Origin: Octopus vulgaris | Taxonomy: Eukaryota | Direction: 5' to 3' | Length of the DNA stretch: 64,000 nt | NCBI GenBank assembly: GCA_951406725.2 | Contig: OX597816.1 | Span: forward strand, 152,582,001-152,646,000 | Shown: piece by piece, positions 13,279-28,131 of the stretch | Position numbering within the stretch: the stretch's first letter is position 1 | Layout: every line of letters starts with the position of its first letter | Notes under the pieces: model-generated | What the model saw: the letters and a program-made list of their open reading frames with translations, nothing else | Databases searched by the model: none | What the model was told of the DNA's origin: nothing | Program-made: the position numbers and the translations under genes

Positions 13279-13851
13279 TATATATGTGTGACTAATGCGG
13301 AGACAGTAGAGATATGTTTGTGTGTGTTTAGCGCATTTAGCAGGGGATATCTCGTGTCTCCCCATACTTGTGAAATCATGTGGATGTAAATGAATGTATG
13401 CATGATTGCATGTTTGTTTTAGGACAGAGGTATGTTAGCTAGTGATTGCGAACGTATCTCTGTTGTACGTGTGTGTGTGTGTCTACGCGTTCGTTCGTGT
13501 CTGCATGTGTATGTGCGTGTGTGAGTGTGTGCGTTCGTTTGCGTATGTATGTGTATGTGTGTGTGTACGCGTTCGTTTGTGTGTGCGCGCGCGCGTGCCT
13601 GTGTACGCGTTCGCCCATAGCAAAAGCGGAGAAAATATACATGAATCGAAAGAAGAAAATATACCTTGATGTATTCGAGGAATATAACGATAGGTGAGAA
13701 AAATGGATAAAATAGTAACAAAATAGAGAAATAGATAGGTAGATAGATGGAAAGGTAGGTGGATAGACAAATAGTTAAGCACAGAGACAGTTTGATCAAT
13801 AGAGATAGAGTGAGATGAGGGGAGGGAGAGAGAAAGAGAGAGAGAGAGAGG

Positions 13852-13891
<40 letters not shown>

Positions 13892-14053
13892 GGGAGAGAG
13901 AGACAAGGTTAATTGTATTCTGTGAGTTCGTATACGTTCTCGCGAGTAAGCAAATAAATAGAGTGAATATTTTCAGATTATTATTACTACTGAGGTAACT
14001 AAAGCATAACGTGTACAAGCCTTTCCATACGACACACCCACCATTTTTCATAT

Positions 14054-14097
<44 letters not shown>

Positions 14098-14098
14098 G

Positions 14099-14164
<66 letters not shown>

Positions 14165-15539
14165 AAGTCTGGGTCAGAGCCACAGAACTATTTCATACCA
14201 TGTGTCATTCTATTATGTCAGTACTCAATGAAGCGTTATTAATGTTAGGGTGTGTCCGTGTGTGTATGTGTGTGTTGTATTAGACTTTATATAGGTGCTA
14301 TTGTGACACAGGCACTTGTATATAAATTTGTGTAGATACAATTCCACTGCTTACGTTATATATTTATGCGCTTAATAGCATATTTACGCACACACACACA
14401 TACATATGAATACACATCATATTACACTAAACTCCAGAATATATCTATAGATTTTTAGCCAATGTGAAATACAACGAGAGCTGTGTATACTTGTCTTTAT
14501 ATACAATAATGATGTGTTGAAACAAAACACTGGTGATGTATATCTGTATGTATATATGTATGTATCTATACATGTATGAATGTATATATATGTATGTATG
14601 CATTATGTATGTATCTCTCTATCTGTCAATCAATTAATCAATCAGTCAATCAATTAATCAATCTGTCTCTCTAGCTGCGCGCATGCGTACAATGCAAAGA
14701 AAGTAAACTTTATTAATTCCTTATATTTTGAGCAACATACCTATCGAGAGAGAAAAAGACAGCCAAGACTGTCACTAAAACCCTAAATTTTCGCGTTTAT
14801 TTCTCGTTGTTTTGTTGCTTAGCTCTAGTCAATCCTAACTGAACGGATCTATGATCATTTCAAGTTATGATGCTTAATACGATTTTCCTGTTTTATGACG
14901 GTAGGGCATGGTTTGAAGGAATTTTGCTACAATTAGTTTTGTTTGTAGTGTTTATCAGTAATTGTAAAGTATGGCCATTAATTTTGTGATGTGGCCAGTC
15001 ATCTCACTTTACGGAAACACTGGGGCATTTTAATGATTTTAAAACTAAACTCACATGAGTATAGAATATATTATTTCAGAAATAGTACATATTTCGCACG
15101 AATTATTCTTCTCAATAACCGCCACCACTCATTGATCCGATTTCTAGAAGCGTTCATTAGGTACAAATATAGTGCTTCAGAGTTATTGGAATCACTGGAA
15201 TGAGACTTATGACGTCAAAGAAACTATAAGATGCTGATAAATCTAACAAGATATTTCAGCGAATGCTAACAGTTTATTCCTATTTATTCCCAAATGTATT
15301 TCTGGTTGATTGTGTTAATTTTTAAATGGTCATTTTTATATTTGACATTGATTGAATTACTTAGGAACTCACTTCAATCTATGACATAGAAAATAGATAA
15401 ATAGGTTTCGCGTTCCAGAGAAGCCCTCTGGCTAAAAGGGCCTGTTTCCAGAGCGAAGTTAAATAGATGTTTGTTAAACGTGCATATGTAAATCTAATTA
15501 TAATCTTACTCAGCTGTCAGATCCTGGCGGTAAGCATTA

Positions 15540-16720
15540 AAAGGAACGACCTCCTCTTTTATCCTTGTACCGGTAATACTCCAAAGATTATGCCTAGAGT
15601 GTTTGTAGAAAGAAAAGTTCTTAAAACAGCCAGTTCTTTCACCTATTTTGGCCCTACTGTGACAAGCAGTGCTCTAAGCTTGATAAAGAAATTGAAACGC
15701 ATATTGGCAAAGCTTGTCCAGCTTTTGGCAAACTGTGCCAGAGACTATGGAATAATCATGAGGTTTCTATTAGAACCAAAATTGAAATCTATAAAACAGT
15801 CGTCATAACAACTCTCTTGTACGGGGTAGTAAATCTCTCTCTATATAAACGGCAGTTTGTCTGTCTGCGTGTCTGTGTGTCTGTTAGGTTGTACCCTCAC
15901 CCTGACCACGGCTTTCAACCGATTCTGATGAAACTTGACACACACATAAATTCGACATGGGGTCGAGAATCAGAAACACAAACCACAGACTGTCTAGGGG
16001 ACGCAACTCGACCTTTTTAACTCTCAAAAAAAATTTAACATAATTTTTTTTCCATTTTTTTGCTATTTTTTGACTATAACTCTCTAAAAATGCTTTATAG
16101 TTATTTCCCTTACAAACCCGAGCAACGCCGGGCGATACTGCTAGTAAATGAAATAAATGGGGTAGTAATAAATGAAACGGCCTTCATATGAGAAGCCTGG
16201 GACAAATATGCAAAATAAAATGGGATGATATAGTGAAGAATAATGATATTTTGTCTATGTGTAACTTCTCTGGCTGAACTGGGGTGTTGTGATTATATTT
16301 TGCGAATGAATGATGATAGAATTGCAAAACAAGTCATTTATGGACAACTAAAAACCTCACGATATAAGGTTGGCTACCATTACTATGGTATACCATATAC
16401 TAAGGTATAAAGAGATATTTAGGGTTAATTTAAAACACAGAAAAAAAAATTATCTACTGGGTGTATATTGCAAAAAGCCGAAATGACTCGAGAAGACAGT
16501 GTCATATAGGACAAGTAAATTTTGAAGCACAAAGAATCCATCACCATAACTAGTTGCATGAAAAGAGAAAGCGAAATTATCAAAATACGAATAATCTTGT
16601 CTCAATTGTGACTGTGCTCATTCTGCCCTAAGTAACGTAAATCTGACATGTGCAACTTGTAATCGGCTGTGTAGAACACTTTCAGGACTGAAAATACATA
16701 TGTGTAATCATCAAATCGAA
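15540..16720 (+). mobile_element. Decayed RTE-like LINE, RT C-terminal part, interrupted by a Helitron
   Basis: Frame-shifted peptides FTYFG, KEIETHIGKACPAFGKLCQRLWNNHEVSIRTKIEIYKTVVITTLLYG, RMNDDRIAKQVIYGQL and terminal CATCNRLCRTLSGLKIH zinc-finger-like motif. Confidence 0.8.
15834..16144 (+). mobile_element. Non-autonomous Helitron-like element, 311 bp
   Basis: 5' TC after a host A, short (GTCT)-like repeat near the 5' end, subterminal hairpin cccgagcaacgccggg at 16117-16132, 3' CTAG followed by host T. Splits the LINE reading frame. Confidence 0.85.
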
Positions 16721-16973
16721 TAAAATGCTTTGTACCAACATAGAATTATAAATAAGGAAAAACAAATTAACTATATTGCAGGATTTTTATCCATGGATAG
16801 GGATTTTGTGCGTGCGCCATTCTTGTGTTTATACCTTGTGACTTTTCATTTCGAGGGTCATTTGTCTGAATGTGCCCTATTCTTATTGCTTCAAGTTTGT
16901 TGGAGTTGCTTCTCTCCTCATTGTTGAATATTCATTCGTTGTTTTCGACGGGCGTCCCATTATGTATATATAT

Positions 16974-17027
<54 letters not shown>

Positions 17028-17493
17028 TGTGTGTGTGTGTGTGTGTGTGCGTGCATGTGTGTTCGTATGCTCGCACTCTACACTCCTGCATATACCTTTC
17101 CCGGTTTTATTTGCTTTATGTCTTTTTAGTTCATTGTAGCTATTTTTTTTTGTTTGTTTATTGTCTGTCTTTCTCTTAATCAACCTAACAAGACTAAAGA
17201 CTGAACCTTTAGCTTTGAAACGGTGGGCTGCAGTCACGTGTAAAGTTTTATACCTTAAACATAGTGATGATGATGTGGTAATGGCGATGGTAATGGTGGA
17301 GCCGGTGGTGGTGGTGGTGGGCGTGCTTTGTTTAAACACGATGTAGCTCGAACTGAAACAGCGCTGTACACCTGTAAAGAGGTTTACAGGCTATTGCCCC
17401 CACTCCCGACAGGTAGCCACACACCTTGGTGCACACATACACATACGCACAAGTACAAACTCGCACACACACACACACACACACACAGACACA

Positions 17494-17538
<45 letters not shown>

Positions 17539-17740
17539 TAACCTTCTGAAGCAGCCATTGATTGGACACCTGTATAGTAGTTAAAATGAAGCGGCAATGA
17601 AAATATAACAGATTCGTGCCATGACTTACCGTCCACCTGTGTATACATTGGCACGGCAACCTGTTACATGTTATGTTTGTATGTATGTATGTGTATAAGT
17701 GTGCATGTATTGATGAATGTAAGGCGTGTATGCTGTTATG

Positions 17741-17789
<49 letters not shown>

Positions 17790-18247
17790 ATATATGAACG
17801 TAACAGCATACATACATATATACACACATACATATATGTATAGGTACACTTACAGATACACACACACGCACATACAAATAAATACCCATACATACATACA
17901 TACATACACACACATGTGTATGTGTATATATATACATATATATAATAGAAAGACATTTTTGTTTTTGTTGTTTAGACCTAGGTGGAAGCCTTGGCTCGGG
18001 TAGATCTATTTATATATCAAGTGAATCCCAACTGAAAATATCTAAACTTTTAGGGTGTATTAGGAGTATTTAAGATATCTTTGCCTGCGCTATAGGGTTG
18101 TCGGAGAGGTCCTTCACAAGTTCGAAGGTGAGGAACACAAGACGATATCTCGTCGCCTTCCTTCGTGCTCTTATTGACGATTAGATGTAGACCAGTTCAC
18201 CTGATACGTTGGAGCGGTAACCACGTAAGAAGCTGACACTCACTCAC

Positions 18248-18343
<96 letters not shown>

Positions 18344-18600
18344 GTGTATCCCTTGCTAGGGTGTAGGCAATATATTCAGTCACGCACTAGCCAGCAAGGT
18401 GGATATTAAGAAAATGCAAAAATATGGTACAAAAAGATCTCACTAAAATTTTCAAATAAACATTCATCTATACACTTTTATATTCATATTACGTCACCCA
18501 TACACAGTTTAAATATGCATATTTCATAAAAACACGCAAGCATACAACACACACACAAACATATGCGCGCACGCACACACACACACACACACGCACACAG

Positions 18601-18995
18601 TCGTGGCTGTGTGGTTCATAGACCGCATGGCTCCGGGTTTAGTCCCATTGCGTGGTGCCCTGGGCAAGTGTCTTCTACTAGCTTCGGGCCGACCAAAGCC
18701 TTGTGAGTGGATTTGGTAAGCAGAAACTGAAAGAAGTTTATAAACTGAAAGAAGTTTATATATATATATGTATTTATATATGTGTGCGCGCGCGTCTGTT
18801 TGTACCTGCACTGGCGATTGACAACTGATGTTTTGTGTGTTTACGTCCATAACTTAACGTGTTGGCAAAAGTGATCAGTAGAATAAGTACCAGGCTTACA
18901 AAAATAAGTCCTGGGGTCGGTTTCTTCGACTAAAACCATTTAAATTTAAGGCGGTACTCCAGCATGGCTGCAGTCTAATAACTGAAACAAGTAAT
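18601..18995 (+). mobile_element. SINE, family C (internally deleted)
   Basis: tgggcaagtgtcttctacta..gggccgaccaaagccttgtgagtggatttggta..gaaactgaaagaag; related to 31948-32218. Tail gcggtactccagcatggc recurs near 32590 and near 46420 (minus). Confidence 0.75.
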
Positions 18996-19004
18996 ACAAT
19001 ATCA

Positions 19005-19056
<52 letters not shown>

Positions 19057-19236
19057 CTTTACATTTTACTTTTGACAATCTTTTTCTAAAAAAGTGAAAC
19101 CGGTCAAGTGAATAAACATCTTTACAATTGCATTTTCAAACCTTCTTTCATATATATTTCCATTCGTGCGGTACCTTACAACTTCAATTTGTTATATATA
19201 TATATATACATATATATATATACTGACACATATCCA

Positions 19237-19337
<101 letters not shown>

Positions 19338-21598
19338 ATATATATATAAATACTAATACACACACATACATGTACATACCTACATACATACATAAATATA
19401 TGCATACATACATGCATACGGTATGAATTGATGAATTGTGTACCAAGGACAAACAAAAATATATCGATAAATTCTTGATTTACTGTAATTATTTTCGGTC
19501 TGAGAGAAAGGTGGAGAAGCTCCTAGTGATAATTGCAACTGATTCTAACTAAACAAGGATGGTAAATAGTTTCAAGCAATAAACAATGAAGAAAAGACAG
19601 TTTGGATTCTTAATCGTCTGCTGCTAGCACTACATAAGTCGATACAATCTAACCATGGTCAGTTCGGTAACATCACACAGAAATCTTTTCCAGTTTGAGT
19701 AGGATGCCTGAATATTAAAAATCAAAATCTATCAAAAAGGCGGGAGAGTCCCTTGTAGACCAACTGTTTCTTCCTCCAATTGTTGATATGTTGAAGAGAT
19801 AAGAATACTCCAGGAATGGCATATTTACATGCTAGGGACACATACACAATCACACACATATATAATGTGCCTATATGAATTTAGAAATGCATAACTAAGC
19901 CACTATTTTAGTGTGCTAATTAAAATTAAGTAGGAGATATTTAATAATGAATATCTGGTTTTACTGATGAGTAACTCACGCAAGACCAAGATCTGAGAAA
20001 GCAGTCAGTCTCCCCCTCTCGTTTTGTATGTATGTATGTATGTATGTATGTATGTATGTATGTATGTATGTATGTATGTATGTATGTATGTATGTATGCA
20101 TGTATGTATGTATGTATGTATGTATGTATGTATGTATGTATGTATGCATGTATGTATGTATCTATCTATCTATTTACACACACACACACACAAGCACACA
20201 CGCGCGCACACACACACACACATACACACGCGCACACATACACACGCGCGCATGTGTGTGTACGTGTCATTCGCCACATTACTAGTCTGCTGAATAGTTA
20301 TATTAGTTTCTCGAATATTCCCATCTCTTCACTCTCACTACCTTTCCCCTGCTTATTTTTCCTTTTCAAGCACACTTTTAATTGCTAGACTTAACTCTTA
20401 TGTCTATATTCTACGGGGATGGGGGAATCTTTTTAATGCCAGAGGCGAACTGCAAGTGCATAAGAACCTGTGTCGGTGCATCCATTCTAAAAAATACTTT
20501 ATTTTACAAATTCGAACGTTTGTTAAATTACCGTTAGACTTTATAGACCTGCACGAGTCGTACTTCTTTTTTCATATGATTTGTTAGTAACTACGTTATC
20601 GACGGTTTTAAATTTAAATGCGGGCGAAATTTCGCCTACTGAAAAGAGGTTTCTAACTTCTCTTGTATATTTTCAGATACTCGCTTGCAAGCTTTTACTG
20701 TTGGTGTTTTAACCGTCTTCTTCCTTTACTTTCTCTTGTATTTTCTGCTTTCTCACTCAATTTTAAATACCCTCTTCCACCTCTTTTTCATCTCTCTGAG
20801 TATCTTACTCTTCTGGTAGCCTTTCAAACTTGTATCGGAGAATAGTCCTAGGGACGATATGGCTTCTATCACCGTAGTGAAAACCGGACAGGGAGTCTGG
20901 TCTATTCGAAATGTAATCAATCCGTATACTAGGTTGACGGATCTCCAAGTCCTACACGGCAATCTCGCTCTTGTGCTGGTACTACAGTAAAGCACCTTCA
21001 AAATTATGACATCTTAGTCTCCTTCAGCAGCATCAAGATAAACTATCTACAAATGTCAATGAAACCATCTTGTACTACATCCTCTCTCCTTTTAGAACTA
21101 ACTAAGTTGTTAAATTGGTTGGCATCACAATTTTTCATGGCAGACACGTATAACATTGTAGATACCGAATTCCAGTGTTCCCATTGCCGCAGAATGTCTG
21201 ATGATATTTCATACCTGATCAGTCACTAACTCAGCAAAATTCAAGATCATCTTATTCAGATATCTGAGACATTGTTGCTACTTTATTAACAAATATCCAG
21301 ATGGCCATTTGGCTCATTGGTAGCTTCATTCAACAACTAATCACCGAGGCGCTGTTTCTTCTCTTTGCCTCGAATTCCGAATTTAAAATTACATTTGCTC
21401 TAAGGAACTAGTTAGCCTCATACTTCACTGCGCAATCACACTCACCAGATATTGCATTTTATCGTTTAATCATTCATCTCTAGAAACGCACGCTTCTGGG
21501 ATTCCTTCAAAAGGAAGATGCCAGGAGGAATCATATACTAGAGGAAACAAAAATGAAGGCTGTTTGTTACTTCTTCGCTAAAACTCATACTATTAACT

Positions 21599-21653
<55 letters not shown>

Positions 21654-21728
21654 GTCATTGACATTTCTCCCAGTCAATGATAGTGACTACTTTAAACAAA
21701 CATTGTACAATAGTGTCATGGATTTCTA

Positions 21729-21763
<35 letters not shown>

Positions 21764-22085
21764 TGAGGCGTGTTTTATTGCGTCACTGCACTCAGCAGAC
21801 TTCAATATAACTTTAATGCCTTTACTCATGTCTCATCTCTCTCCCTCTCTCTCTCTTCCACTCTGTCTCAAGCACGAACACACGCGCACACACATACATA
21901 CGCGCACACACACATAGACACACGTACACACATACACATGCGCACCCGCATACACACGCTCACACGCATGCACACGCGCACATACATACACACATCCTCT
22001 CCCTCGCATTGTGATGGGTGCTTTGTATTTCGTTTCTTTCTGTCTGTATATCTGTGTCAATTTAACTACCTTTATCTATATATCT

Positions 22086-22146
<61 letters not shown>

Positions 22147-23291
22147 TGTCTGTCCGGCTCTGTGGCTATTTGTCAGTCTGTCTGCCTGTCTGGCTATCAA
22201 TCTTTTTATCAAGTGAATTAGTGAAAAGATTTTCACAAAAATATTTTGAAAAATTCATGTATGAATGTATGTATGTATGTATGTATGTATGTATGTATGT
22301 ATGTATGTATGTATGTATGTATGTATGTGTATGTGTGTGTGTGTGTGTGTGTGTGTATGAGTGAGTGTGCGTGTGTCTGTTTACATGTACAGAAGTGGGC
22401 ATCTGAAAGACAGTTAGCGTAAGTAAGGATCGTGTTATCTTTTTTAGCTTGTATACGAGAAGAGGTTGAATGAAATAACAATAAAAAATGCTGGACTCCT
22501 CCCCATTTCCTTCTCTTTCTTCTATTATTCTCTCTCAATAAGAACACACTGTCAAACGCTTTTGTTTTTACTGACATACTATGCAAATGACACACACTCA
22601 GGTACACACATACAAAACTACCCTTCTCTCTATAGAGAAATTGTAAATATTATATGCATGCGTCTATTTTTTAATTCGTAGAAATCTTCCACTGAGGAGG
22701 GAACCGGTTTCCAACAAAGACACAAGGCTCCATCTTTGGGATGTAGTTAACACAGACAAATTCACATTTGGAACATGAGAAAAGTCATGCATATTTTTAC
22801 TGTTCCACTCACAGATTGCTCTTGTAACGTACGAATACACAAGGACATTATGACAGTTGTAATCACTTTAGAAGAAACAAAAACAGGTGTGCTATTTATT
22901 TAGATATATTAGATCTTTTTAACCTTCATTTTTTCTTGCACTTGTTTCAGTCATTAGAGTAGAGTCTATATCCTCACCCCACTTCCACATGCATGCATAC
23001 ACATTCACCTTCATATTTAATACAGCGGCGTACAGTAAAAATTGAAAACACCCTTCTTAACACACATCGGACGCTTCCCGTTTTTCTATAACCTTCTGTC
23101 TATTTTATTTTATTCAATTCGTCTTAGCTATAAACATGTGTACCATTGTAATCTTTTAAAGTGTCTACCCGTGACGGTCTGTAAGGAGAAAATGGAGCCA
23201 GTTATATATTTATTATTATTATGTGAGAATGCCAGTGTTGGTGACGATTGTAGCAAGAAGAGATGACAGTCAGTTAAAAGTAAATTATGTC

Positions 23292-23330
<39 letters not shown>

Positions 23331-23331
<1 letters not shown>

Positions 23332-23543
23332 CCTTTCTACTATAGGCACAATGCCTGAAATTTGGTGGGATGGGCCACCCGATTATATCAGCCTCAGTGC
23401 GTAACTGGTACTTATTTAATCGATCCTGAAAGATGAAAGGCAAAGTCGGCCTCGACGGAATTTGAACTCACAACGTAATGACGGACGAAATGCTGGTAAA
23501 CATTTTGTCCAAGGTGCTAACGATTCTCCTAGCTCACTGCCTT
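23331..23543 (-). mobile_element. tRNA-derived SINE, family A
   Basis: Reverse complement of the 13042 consensus, with (TAA)n tail. Confidence 0.85.
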
Positions 23544-23593
23544 AATAATAATAAAAAGCATCTCGCTGTTTATTTATTATTATTATTATTATT

Positions 23594-24109
23594 GAGTGAG
23601 AGAGCAGTTCATGCCATCAAAGTGACACTGGGGTAAAATATACGAAGCCCAATATACCCATCATGACTACCCATCTGATAAAGGTACACCAGGCACATGC
23701 ATCACAACCATATGTGCGCGACATGGTGATCTCATATCAAGATAAACAGCACATGACCTTGCAGGTGGGGCCCAGTTAGAATTTTCTTTAGGTTGAGTAG
23801 CCCATCCCGCTCAAACGGTCCCTGAATAAGGGTTGTTTAAGGATGTTGAAAGAACCACCCATGTTTCCAGAGGTGAACTATTCAAACCCCAAAGAATCCC
23901 TCTCAACACATGGCTATGATGCTCCCCCACTACTTCTGCTCGTGATCAGAGATGCACATATCGTCAGCCACTAAGGGACATGCTCAACTGGTTAAGGTCA
24001 AACAACTGACAAGCAAATCTGTGGTATTGAGCAGAATATTTGCTGTAGCCCATCTTATATACCAAGACAAAACAATGTATATGATAACACTTCCAATCAG
24101 TTAAGATCT
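23594..24109 (-). repeat. ~515 bp probable retroelement-derived insert with (ATT)n on both sides
   Basis: Complex, GC-richer sequence bracketed by (ATT)n at 23574-23593 and 24110-24182; no credible ORF. Orientation is only tentative, assuming an (AAT)n tail. Confidence 0.55.
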
Positions 24110-24113
24110 TATT

Positions 24114-24183
<70 letters not shown>

Positions 24184-24191
24184 TCTATTAT

Positions 24192-24410
24192 AAGGCGTCG
24201 AACTGGCAGAATCGTTAGCACGCTAGACGAACTACTTAGCAGTATTTCTCTCGTCGCTGTGTTCTGAGTTCAAACTCCGCTGAGGTCGAGTTTGCTTTTC
24301 ATCCTTTCGGGGTCGATAAAAAAAGTACCAGTTGAAAACTGGGGTCGATGTAATCGACTCATCCCGTCCTCCAAAACTGCTGCTCTTGTGGCAAAATTTG
24401 AAACCATTAT
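24192..24410 (+). mobile_element. tRNA-derived SINE, family A
   Basis: aaggcgtcgaactggcagaatcgttagcacg...gagttcaaactccgctgaggtcga... Confidence 0.85.
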
Positions 24411-24478
24411 TACTCTCTATTATTAGACTATAATTATCACATTCTTCCTTCCTGAGCATACATATGTATGTATGCGGC

Positions 24479-24553
<75 letters not shown>

Positions 24554-24637
24554 GTTTAAATATATATATATACAATAGAAATACAAAATGGCTGACGGTT
24601 AGTAAGGAGAGACACAAGTAAGTGAGAAGAAAACAAA

Positions 24638-24682
24638 GGACCACTGATGCGGTCACAGGAGTGTGACGAAAGAACTTTGGCC
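24638..24682 (+). ncRNA. Hammerhead-like motif (one core change) inside a ~240 bp insert between (TA)n tracts
   Basis: ggacca CUGAUGC-G gucaca(ggag)ugugac GAAA gaac UU uggcc. Stems I and II form; A9 is C. Confidence 0.5.
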
Positions 24683-24790
24683 GAAATAAGATTAAGATTA
24701 ATGTAAAAAATAAATATCACTGAAGCAAAATAACACCAAATATATAGTGCGTGTGTTTTTATTGGCTAAACTGGCAATATGACCATTCCG

Positions 24791-24831
<41 letters not shown>

Positions 24832-25045
24832 TCGAGAGAGAGAGAGAGAGAGACATACACATATAAAAATACGCACATACAAGCACTCTTATAGCCAGGG
24901 TTGCGTCAACAGGTTCGAATGTCTCCTACTCGCGACTTCATGCAAATATAATTATTAACTAATATTTTAGCTAAATTTTGTATTTTCATATATTAGACGA
25001 TTAATGGCGGATTTAGACTGGAATCCTTATATACCTATTATATGT

Positions 25046-25120
<75 letters not shown>

Positions 25121-25603
25121 GCCAACTTAACCTTAGTTAAAAGCTTTAAGAAACGTTTAATACAAGAGTAGTAGAAAACAAAACTCTCTCCGGTTGTATT
25201 TTCAAATTCTGAACTGATGTCGATTTCTTGAAATAAAATGCTTTCTTCCTATGTTCAAATGTAAATTTTCCTCATAGAAACCCGTATATTTTCTTGCTGA
25301 AAGTTGTACTTTCGAAATACCAACATATACATAGCTATTTGCACAGTCGTACTTGCATATTTCCATCACATTAAAAAATATTAACAAACTCACACATATA
25401 TACACACGTACATTGACTCACGTACGTTGTGGGCAATAGTCACGAAAGTTAAAAACGAAATATTTTTTTTTTCCTTTTGTTGAAATGTTCAACAAATTTT
25501 GTCATAACAAAACCAGCACAACATAATCGCCTACAGACGCACATACACTCACTAAGACCTAGTTTTTCTTTATTGGAGGGCGGCATAAGTATCTACACAC
25601 ACG

Positions 25604-25677
<74 letters not shown>

Positions 25678-25822
25678 GTATATGAAGCTTAAAGGTGCAC
25701 GGGCGTATAATACTTAAGAATTTCACACAAATGTTACGCTGATGCTACTTGAGAATTACGTCAAGGTAAGCTTGTCTGTGGAATTCTCAGCCGTTATTGC
25801 AAACCCACTTCAATATGGTTTG

Positions 25823-25911
<89 letters not shown>

Positions 25912-27040
25912 GTATTCGCAGTTTCTGTCTATCAAGCTTCACCCAAAATGCGTTAGAAAAATATACTTTCTAGAGTGCTACACAGTGGGATTGAACCATT
26001 GTTACGTCAAACCAAACATGCAAATACCACACCGTTGGCTCAGTTTGTACTAATTTCTGAGCAACTTATTGAATCCAGCTTGATGCTTCACTGTTGCATT
26101 TTCTATTAAATACAACCCAATATCTTTTTCTATTTCTTTCGTTTCTATGAATTTATTGCCTTTTGTGGAGTGGTAAGCTCTCGTAAAGTGTAGGGATTGA
26201 GGCTTCGATTTTCCCACCTTTGCATCAAGTGATGATGGTTGACTCAAATTTGTAACAAGCATTTGTAACAAGCATTAAGATACTAGGGTGGTGATTTTCA
26301 AGCTTTGTGTCGTAAAGGATGTCCGGGTGCAGTGTAGGTGGTGCTTAGATGTGACACGATGGGTGTCTAAATGCACTGCTTTTTTATTATTAAATATAAT
26401 TGAAAGCTTTAGAAAATCCATATAGATATTTGAGTCTTGAAAAATGTTATTCATAATGAGGTTATGCACTAGTATGAATAATAATGAAGGTAAGCAACAG
26501 TTTTCAATATCTTTTCACTCTAAAACAGTTTGCTTCTTAAATTTTTTTACGAAGTCCACCAGTAATTTTTAGTACAGTGTACCACAAGGAAATCAAAATC
26601 ACAGCGACAACATGTGATTTGAGGGGTTTGTGACTGTCATTTCTTGCAAGTCAATCGTCAGATCAACAATGGATTGGCAGCAAATTAAAGTGCATGTCGT
26701 ATTTGGTTACGGCCTTTTACGCTCAGCATTCGAATCCGAACGAACTCAACTTTCCTTTCATCCTTCTGGAGTCGGCCGCATGTGAATGGAATTTATATAT
26801 GTTCTGTAAAGGTGGTTGCGGCGGTGTTGTTGTTACTTGTGCGTTTGGGAATGAATGTTCCGGTTTCTTCGTCAGAAGTGGGGAAAGGGAATGTTACACA
26901 CTTTTACTTGTACTGAATGGGCAATAGTAACTGGCACACAAATACACATTTATAAAAACACATACACACATGCTGACACAGTCGTAGACATTTACAGTCA
27001 ACCCATTTATCAGGATTATACATAATAACAAAAGACAACT

Positions 27041-27137
<97 letters not shown>

Positions 27138-27615
27138 GTGGATAAATGTTGTCTAGTAGGTGGTTTGACTAGAGTGCTTGTGGAGAAGACCACCAGTTCG
27201 ACCAGTACTCCCGCCAAGCAAGTCCCGGTCCATTTAACTTGTTACGTGCTAACCGTAGCATCAATGAATGTTTCAAGGTTTCAACTAAACAACCTACAAC
27301 CCAACCGACCACTACGTTTCTGTAATAAAATATTACAATGACTTCCACCAACACCAGAATACTCACCACCTCAACCACTACTATTTCGTCTACTATAACC
27401 ACCACTATCATATCACGACATCGACTGCAGCCACGTGCCTGCCATTATAGCCAAGAGTCTACCGTTAATTTATTGTTTATTTACGAAACATCTTGTGCTT
27501 CTTCCATAAATAACACTACTATTGACTTGTTTGCCGGGTGTATGTCTGTCTGTTTGACTTCTGCTTGCCTGTCTGCCTGCCTACCTGCCGGCTTGTATGT
27601 ATGTATGTATGTATG

Positions 27616-27646
<31 letters not shown>

Positions 27647-27769
27647 TGCATTTACATACTTAGACACACTTTTGTTATTTCACTATTACTGGAATGTCTT
27701 ACAACATAACTGAAGCTTATCCCGGTTAGGACACGGTAACCTATAGCAGATTTTGTGTGTGTGTGTTTG

Positions 27770-27833
<64 letters not shown>

Positions 27834-28032
27834 TATGCATGTGTGTGTTATATGTTTATATGTGTGTGTATATGTGTTGTATGTGTATATGTGTGAGCAT
27901 GCATACGAGACCAACCATTGATGAAACTTCGAAGTCCCTAGTTTTAAAATTATCACTGTACTTTAGAGCGAGTTGTTTTTCCAGTTGCTTACGTATTTTT
28001 TATACTTATACAAACACCCTTTAACTGCATAT

Positions 28033-28131
<99 letters not shown>

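Noticed and set aside
20820-21560. Complex sequence that might be a decayed LINE endonuclease region on the minus strand
   Set aside because: No motif could be read confidently; it needs a profile search.
27660-27760. Minus-strand ggtta/taacc stem followed by aagctt palindrome, hammerhead-like layout
   Set aside because: Both core boxes are too degenerate (ctgctata, ggga).
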